This document shows, in pieces, positions 58,367 to 64,000 of a stretch of DNA of 64,000 bases. The notes under the pieces are model-generated. The model did no database searches and was not told the DNA's origin. It worked only from the letters and a program-made list of their open reading frames with translations. The stretch lies in sequence record LT598654.1, one strand, 5' to 3'. The position numbers and the translations under genes are program-made. Position 1 is the first letter of the stretch. Every line of letters begins with the position of its first letter.

Positions 58367-59246
58367 TTAATAAACCAACCTTATTCAATTGTTCTATGTC
58401 TTGTTCCGAGTACATTACAGGAAACAGTGCGTATATGTTATTAACTTGATTTACAGCTTTTTGTCGAACAGATGCCCGGCGTTCAGACATTTCAAGATTT
58501 ATCTCAACCAGTTCATCCAACCATATCTCACTACAATGATCCGATTCGTCGCTACACGGCAAGTTATAGCCTCGTTCAGTGTAACGCAGATAAGCCTCAG
58601 TTAGTTTACGTGCGCGTTCCAACAAAGACGTTTCTTCCAGGTCACTAAATAAAAGAGGAGTACCTGCTTCACTAGTCCAAGTTAAGTTTTCATCGCGCTC
58701 ACCATTTGAGGCAATAACTTGGTCACTACCTAAAAGGAATATAGTTTGAGGCGCAACACCCATAGGAGGTTTTGCAACATCGTCATCGATACCTGTTTCA
58801 GAGGTAAGCAAGTCCACAAGCGCGTCTTTAACCGCAGGCAAATCTTCTGCTTGGTACTCAACAGGGAGACCCCAGTACGTGGTAGTTAAAGGTTTTCTGA
58901 CTACCAGCTTGTTTATCTTATCAATTACCTGTGTGCGAACTTCTGAAACCAAAAAGTTAACGTGGTCAATTCTATCGAAGTAGAACTGGGTGTTTATTCG
59001 CTCACCTTTACTGGTAGCATCCATGACAACATTCAACATGTTGCGTTGTGACCGACAAAGAAACAGGTAGTAGTCGATAATTTTGTTTGGATCGTCAATG
59101 TATTCCTGAGGAACAACAAAGTCTTCATCGGACGGATGACGTAGAACAGGTGCAGTTAAAGAACCAGGGCTACCACATATCAAACACTCCAGGTCTTGGT
59201 GCGTTAGTTCATCGGCTTGCTTACTCAATATACTTGGATTAAACAC
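58356..59246 (-). CDS. Hypothetical protein (GTG start)
   Basis: AAGGA RBS, follows a terminator and promoter box. Confidence 0.7.
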   Translation of the reverse strand: MFNPSILSKQADELTHQDLECLICGSPGSLTAPVLRHPSDEDFVVPQEYIDDPNKIIDYYLFLCRSQRNMLNVVMDATSKGERINTQFYFDRIDHVNFLVSEVRTQVIDKINKLVVRKPLTTTYWGLPVEYQAEDLPAVKDALVDLLTSETGIDDDVAKPPMGVAPQTIFLLGSDQVIASNGERDENLTWTSEAGTPLLFSDLEETSLLERARKLTEAYLRYTERGYNLPCSDESDHCSEIWLDELVEINLEMSERRASVRQKAVNQVNNIYALFPVMYSEQDIEQLNKVGLLNGN

Positions 59247-59282
59247 AGATCTTTCCTTCTTATTTGGGTGGTGTATACAGAG

Positions 59283-59294
59283 AGTTTACACTTT
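59283..59294 (-). promoter_or_regulatory. Candidate promoter box AAAGTGTAAACT
   Basis: Intergenic, 36 nt upstream of the start at 59246, just after a terminator. Confidence 0.5.
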
Positions 59295-59304
59295 TCACAG
59301 CCAC

Positions 59305-59330
59305 AAAAAAAGGAGCATAAAGCTCCCTTT
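59305..59330 (-). terminator. Rho-independent terminator
   Basis: GGAGC-TTTAT-GCTCC followed by T7. Confidence 0.8.
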
Positions 59331-59331
59331 C

Positions 59332-59964
59332 TTATTTTGACTTTAAGTTCTTGTGGAAGTTAAATCTTCCGAACAGTCTAAGACCTTTGTACATTAACCA
59401 ACTGCGCCACGCGGGTACTCTACGCATCAGCAAACTTAGATAGAAGATTTCGTCGGCATGACGTTGACTAACCTTCTTGATAGTCGATGACAGGTAGTTG
59501 TCTTCTTCACGTTCAGCACAGGCACACAGGTGCATTTCAACATCGTGCCGGTAAAACAAATCGTGCAACACACTAGGTTTAGCTGCGCGTCCTATGGGGC
59601 TAACTAACCACCACAAAAACTGTGGTGACGAAACAAAGTCCGTAGTAAAGCCTGCTCGTATAGTTATGTGAACATAGAAACACTTTGCATTTAGGGGCAC
59701 TTCACTTAAAGGAGGACGATTAAGAAAACATTGCATGTAACCGTTAGGAAGTTGGTACATCCAAAAATAAAAGTCCATGCCGTCTAGTAACGTAAAGTCT
59801 TTCCCGTTATCCAACATTTCTACACGAGGGTTCGCATTAAAGTTGGCGACATAGGGTTTAAAATCTAATTGCTTGGTTACATCAACAGTTCGCAAGACAT
59901 AAGTGTCATTGAGAATAACCTGTTCATGAGGACTAAGCCGTTTTTCTACTTCTGTTTTTAACAT
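59332..59964 (-). CDS. DUF1353-family protein
   Basis: AGFTTDFVSSP, PSVLHDLFY, ADEIF, WRSWLMYKGLRLFG. Confidence 0.8.
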   Translation of the reverse strand: MLKTEVEKRLSPHEQVILNDTYVLRTVDVTKQLDFKPYVANFNANPRVEMLDNGKDFTLLDGMDFYFWMYQLPNGYMQCFLNRPPLSEVPLNAKCFYVHITIRAGFTTDFVSSPQFLWWLVSPIGRAAKPSVLHDLFYRHDVEMHLCACAEREEDNYLSSTIKKVSQRHADEIFYLSLLMRRVPAWRSWLMYKGLRLFGRFNFHKNLKSK

Positions 59965-60211
59965 GTGAATAGATTCCAGATCCAGATATTGCTAACCAGA
60001 ATAGTTCTATAAAAAAGCTACCCAAGTTAAAATTAAAAAGCAGACTTATAGTTAGCAATATTGCACCACCCAGATTGGTTAAATCAGCACTCAGGCTATT
60101 GCTATCCCATTGACCTGATCTGCATTTGTAATATGCAAACACAACAAGGGTAGCTCCAACGAATCCGATAATCTGTGGAATGCTGATTACCAAATCAAAT
60201 AAATTAAACAT
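59933..60211 (-). CDS. CBU_0592-like small three-TM membrane protein
   Basis: IGFVGATLVVFAYY...NLGGAILL..S...N...F.IE.FW..IS pattern. Confidence 0.7.
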   Translation of the reverse strand: MFNLFDLVISIPQIIGFVGATLVVFAYYKCRSGQWDSNSLSADLTNLGGAILLTISLLFNFNLGSFFIELFWLAISGSGIYSHVKNRSRKTA

Positions 60212-60869
60212 TAACTTCTAAGTTCCTTAAAACCTTATCGACTTCGGCAAGGACTTCATCAACAGTATGGTGTTGATGGATAGTACCATGTGACTCAATG
60301 TGGGAATTCCAACAACGCTCAGACTTTAGAATCTGAACATCAAAAGTAGAGGTAAAGTCTTCGATAACACTTGCCGAATCCTCACCTACAATGTGAACTT
60401 CATCACATATATAGTCCAATACAAAATCAAGTTTAGACTGTCCTATGCGTGTGGTTGCAAGACAATCAAAATAGATATTATTGTCGGTAAGTAGTTGGTG
60501 GGTATTGCGATAACCCTCTGGATGAAAACCTCTAGCAGTAACAAATGCCACATAGACACCTGCCCTTCTAAACTTCTCTACCATAGGTGCAACATAATCG
60601 TAGACCGGAACAACGTTCATGTAGTTATAGCTAAGCAAAAAGTGTCTGAACGTATTTGCTTCACTTATTTCTTCGAACCATTTCCCAACGTTTAGTTCCG
60701 TTAGGTCATCCAGTTTTACTTGTTTATCAAAAGCCTGGTTAAGATGATCGAGCATGACTTGCGTACAAGGATAGATAAAATCATCTATATCTAGTACCGC
60801 AATATGTTGACCCTCAGTAGGGAATGTTTTTTGATAAATTTTATTTCCTGTAGCTACCTCTCTAAGCAT
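60204..60869 (-). CDS. HAD-superfamily 5'(3')-deoxyribonucleotidase-like phosphatase
   Basis: LDIDDFI, FVTAR, K, GEDS. Confidence 0.75.
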   Translation of the reverse strand: MLREVATGNKIYQKTFPTEGQHIAVLDIDDFIYPCTQVMLDHLNQAFDKQVKLDDLTELNVGKWFEEISEANTFRHFLLSYNYMNVVPVYDYVAPMVEKFRRAGVYVAFVTARGFHPEGYRNTHQLLTDNNIYFDCLATTRIGQSKLDFVLDYICDEVHIVGEDSASVIEDFTSTFDVQILKSERCWNSHIESHGTIHQHHTVDEVLAEVDKVLRNLEVNV

Positions 60870-60901
60870 AAAATACTCCTGTTTATTATTCTTATGCGTA
60901 C

Positions 60902-60942
60902 CTGCTTAAATTACTAAGCAGAGGAACTGATGCCCCTCTGCT
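60902..60942 (-). terminator. Two overlapping, mutually exclusive hairpins
   Basis: AGCAGAGG/CCTCTGCT (8 bp) and CTGCTTA/TAAGCAG (7 bp) share AGCAG at 60917-60921. Confidence 0.5.
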
Positions 60943-60948
60943 ATCTGG

Positions 60949-61332
60949 TTAGGATGTAGCTAATTGGATACCAGTGGTTGTTTCAAGGTATCCTTTTTCC
61001 AACTGACTCGGACACTCGTATACCAAACAATTGATACCAGGCTCCAGACGAATAGGTAACAGACCTTCGGGGTCAAGAGTAACAAACGGTTTATCAATGC
61101 TCAATTGCATCGTTACACCAGTTTGAGTGCGCTGCGGAATAGCATGTACTTCACGGCATTTTCTTAACACAACACCTGCATAGGCTGGTGCCATACTATC
61201 CTGATTTTTTGACACGCTTGGAATAAGGTGCTCTACCTTACCAATCAGTTCTGCGCCAGTAAACAGCTTGATAATAATCACACTGTCTTGATACTGACCT
61301 AATTGGCTTAATTGAATTTGAGTTAATTCCAT
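60949..61332 (-). CDS. Hypothetical protein, possible Sm-like fold
   Basis: IIIKLFTGAELIGKV N-terminal pattern. Confidence 0.6.
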   Translation of the reverse strand: MELTQIQLSQLGQYQDSVIIIKLFTGAELIGKVEHLIPSVSKNQDSMAPAYAGVVLRKCREVHAIPQRTQTGVTMQLSIDKPFVTLDPEGLLPIRLEPGINCLVYECPSQLEKGYLETTTGIQLATS

Positions 61333-61342
61333 TTTGTTTCCC

Positions 61343-62431
61343 TTAGTAATGGACTGTTAGATTTTTCAAAGTGAACTTACACGCTTTCTCTACGTCTTTA
61401 GGCAGAGAATGACCACTCAAGAAATAGCTAAGGGACTCGGCGAAAAACTCCTTAACGTTCTTGGTAGCGTACTCGGTAATATCAGCTTTAAACGTACTGT
61501 TGTCGGTAACAGTGGGCCACAACTCTTTGAACTTTTCCGGCTTGGTTAACGCCAACGCTTCCAGTTCTTCTTTGTCAATGTGGTGAATCTTTTTGACGTA
61601 GCTGATCACTTCCTTGAACGCATCGTGTTCATCAGGATTCTCACTGCGCAATTCTTTTAGAATTTGAGGGAACCGTGAACCTTGCTTAACGAATTCGATG
61701 ATCACATCCGCTAAGGTATCAAGATCATCCTGTTCGATACGCTGTACCTGTGCGCGTTTGTTAAATAGTGCAGACCAACGAGCCTTAATATCACGAGGAA
61801 CTTGTCGGTACCAGATACCATGTGAAGATTCATGCAGGATAAGCTCAACCAGGTATTTTGAATCGGTTAAATCTACAGGCATGAAGTTGAGTACATCCTG
61901 CGGACCTGCATTGGTGGTCTTCATCACATAACAACCTTCCATCTTGGAAGTGTTAGACTTGAGGTTGATATGCGTCAGGCAACCCATCCAGTTATCACTG
62001 GCTTTGTCTTCCAGAATCTTGTGAGCCTTCTTCATAGCTTTAACAAAGATATTGGCTTCACGGTCAGTAAGTGCATTACGATAAACGTGAATAGGCTTGG
62101 GCCAACCTGCCTTAAGGTCACGCTGATATATTTCAATGTTAACACCGAAAGCTTTACCAGTCACCTGCGGTTGAGGACCTAAGTTACAAACGATTTGGTC
62201 AGGAGTAAACTCAACAACTTTAGGTTCATCGCTGGTAGCAGATTCTTCCAACAAAAGCTTGCCTTTGCTAAATGCAAGACCTAGAACCTTTTTGCTTTCC
62301 AGTTTGATAATCAGGTAATCATCTTTACCATAAGTAAAATCAGACTTCGCTGACTTGGCTTTTGCTGATTTAGATTTAGTTTTCTTTTTGGTTGTCTTGG
62401 TTGACGATCTAAGTTTTTTGCGTAGTGCCAT
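61343..62431 (-). CDS. Putative zinc metallopeptidase (HExxH; anthrax-lethal-factor-like C-terminal motif)
   Basis: LILHESSHG and EYATKNVKEFFAES. Confidence 0.65.
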   Translation of the reverse strand: MALRKKLRSSTKTTKKKTKSKSAKAKSAKSDFTYGKDDYLIIKLESKKVLGLAFSKGKLLLEESATSDEPKVVEFTPDQIVCNLGPQPQVTGKAFGVNIEIYQRDLKAGWPKPIHVYRNALTDREANIFVKAMKKAHKILEDKASDNWMGCLTHINLKSNTSKMEGCYVMKTTNAGPQDVLNFMPVDLTDSKYLVELILHESSHGIWYRQVPRDIKARWSALFNKRAQVQRIEQDDLDTLADVIIEFVKQGSRFPQILKELRSENPDEHDAFKEVISYVKKIHHIDKEELEALALTKPEKFKELWPTVTDNSTFKADITEYATKNVKEFFAESLSYFLSGHSLPKDVEKACKFTLKNLTVHY

Positions 62432-62438
62432 CGTTTCC

Positions 62439-62801
62439 TCACATTACATCGCGGCGGCGAGAGATAGTATAGGAGACATTAAGTATCTCGACTCCTACGA
62501 TAATAGATTTGATATATGGTTTTATATCAACGATAGAGGTAACAGGAATTCGGATGCGTCGCAGCCTACCTACAGAGCCAAGTCCTGTGTCTTGAAGCAA
62601 CGACAACCTTTCGTTGTCCTGCGTGTTTTCTACCAGCCTGTCAATAGCTTGTTCTACCAGTTCCAGTCCCCGATAGTTACCAGTGATAGTAAAGATAAAA
62701 GACCTGGAACACTCCACTGATTCATAGGTGGTAGCCAACGTAATCTTGACGCTGTGCTCGGTACCTTCATTAACACGCGAGGGATCGTATTTGATTAGCA
62801 T
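62439..62801 (-). CDS. Hypothetical protein
   Basis: AAGGA RBS, TAATG coupling. Confidence 0.65.
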   Translation of the reverse strand: MLIKYDPSRVNEGTEHSVKITLATTYESVECSRSFIFTITGNYRGLELVEQAIDRLVENTQDNERLSLLQDTGLGSVGRLRRIRIPVTSIVDIKPYIKSIIVGVEILNVSYTISRRRDVM

Positions 62802-63865
62802 TAGGATTCCTTAGCATACCTCGTTAATAGCTCTTTACACATTTTATCCCAGTTGGTAGAGCTATCATCTACAAATCGACGAATGCTAGAAATCTTTTCG
62901 AGGTCAAGTTGGTTACCGATCTGATCACATACTAGGATAAGCTTCAATTCGTCGATGTGCTGGTAATCGATATAGACACACAGGTCAACCAAATCACTAG
63001 GAACATATCGGAATGCTTCAAAGTCCAACAACCAGCTAGCCCAATAGTTAACATCACCGAGTTGTTTTGCATCCTCTTGGAAATGTTTGTAATCGGCTCG
63101 GTGCTTTTCGACATGCTGAGCACTGGTATTAAGGCGGGTAGTGGTACTACGCAACTTAACCGTGTTACGCAAACCCTTGATCATGTTTATAACCGAATAG
63201 AGGTGTTCAATACAATTTGAGTCTACACGGCTTGCCATCATCTTGTTATAAGCCTGCTGGCTAGGCAAATCCATGCGTTCCAGTATATCATCGGTTAGGT
63301 GTGCCTTGAAGAAATCACGGTACTTGCAAAAGAAGGCACAGAACTCGTCTACTATGTACCAGTTCTCGTTGTACTTGTTGTATTCTCTACGCTTAAACCA
63401 TGCACTAGGCTGCTTGCGTACTTCATAACCTAAACCTGAGTTAATGGCTTCTGTAACCCACTCCAACACATAGGTATCTGGAGTGTACGTAAACTCTTGC
63501 TTGCCTAGCTTAGCATAGGTTTCCAAGAACACCTTTAACTGATTATCCTGCTGCCTCTTGAGGTGCTCTTTCTCTATGTGCTTGTTGTGTGCAACAACAC
63601 AATCATCATACACCTGCTTGGCTTCTTCAAGCTTGAGGTTAGCGGTCTTTTTTCTGCTAACCATTTCAGGTACGAGTTTACGACTACGGTTCAATATCTG
63701 CTTGGCAATATAACTATTACCTACCTCTGCTCCTACTGCACGTATATCAACACTATCGACGGTGACTATACTGGCGCGAATCATACGAGATACTAGGAAC
63801 TCCCGTACCTTGTTAACATGCTCTGCTATGCGAGTGTCTAACCACTCTGTATTGGCATAATTCAT
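62801..63865 (-). CDS. Hypothetical protein (354 aa)
   Basis: GGAGA RBS, long ORF. Confidence 0.75.
   Translation of the reverse strand: MNYANTEWLDTRIAEHVNKVREFLVSRMIRASIVTVDSVDIRAVGAEVGNSYIAKQILNRSRKLVPEMVSRKKTANLKLEEAKQVYDDCVVAHNKHIEKEHLKRQQDNQLKVFLETYAKLGKQEFTYTPDTYVLEWVTEAINSGLGYEVRKQPSAWFKRREYNKYNENWYIVDEFCAFFCKYRDFFKAHLTDDILERMDLPSQQAYNKMMASRVDSNCIEHLYSVINMIKGLRNTVKLRSTTTRLNTSAQHVEKHRADYKHFQEDAKQLGDVNYWASWLLDFEAFRYVPSDLVDLCVYIDYQHIDELKLILVCDQIGNQLDLEKISSIRRFVDDSSTNWDKMCKELLTRYAKES
62832..62843 (-). promoter_or_regulatory. Candidate promoter box AATGTGTAAAGA
   Basis: 30 nt upstream of the ATG at 62801. Weaker match, inside a coding region. Confidence 0.3.
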
Positions 63866-64000
63866 TAGGTCTCCATAGGTAGCCAGCCATGACTACAGCA
63901 ATTAAATCTTTATAGAATAAAGATCCTTTACTTTATTAATTGTTTTAAAAAGTAACTTTGTTACTTAATTAAACGCTTTTCATTTTTTTTTTTTTTTTTT

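Noticed and set aside
233-63796. All plus-strand ORFs in the track (for example 233-445, 39073-39555, 43293-43808, 45667-46221)
   Set aside because: Each lies antisense to a longer, motif-bearing minus-strand gene and lacks an RBS or recognisable motifs, so they are shadow ORFs.
1-64000. tRNA/rRNA genes, integrase, transposase, stop-codon recoding
   Set aside because: No cloverleaf signatures in the few spacers and no recombinase motifs. Conserved proteins translate full-length with the standard code.

Overview
A 64-kb segment of a large lytic myovirus (contractile-tail jumbo-phage type). The gene content is reminiscent of the Lu11/PaBG/RSL1-like group; this is an inference, no search was run. 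All about 70 credible genes lie on the minus strand, and the plus-strand ORFs in the track look like antisense shadows. From left to right in + coordinates: (1) a tail/virion module with a 1330-aa fibre-like protein, five tandem ~345-400-aa paralogues, three fibre proteins sharing an N-terminal module, and the tail sheath; (2) a mixed block with QueC, a J-domain protein, FolE, a degenerate helicase-loader-like protein, a lipoprotein lytic transglycosylase and a holin; (3) a replication block with a UvsW-like helicase, UvsY-like protein, beta-clamp-like protein, QueE and a UDG-like/3'-5' exo/family A DNA polymerase; (4) a putative head-protein block with a 1942-aa SNF2 helicase, an HNH nuclease, structural proteins and a histone-H1-like protein; (5) SbcD/SbcC, a DHH protein, nucleotide-pool enzymes, a DnaX-like clamp loader and small accessory genes. 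No tRNA, rRNA, CRISPR array, integrase or transposase was recognised. Most notable observations: polybasic disordered tails on nearly all replisome proteins, a recurrent AAAS-TGTAAA box 22-37 nt upstream of replication genes, a dispersed 7-deazaguanine pathway with QueE coupled to the polymerase, an RBS-sequestering leader on the sheath gene, and phased A-tract repeats upstream of the histone-like gene.
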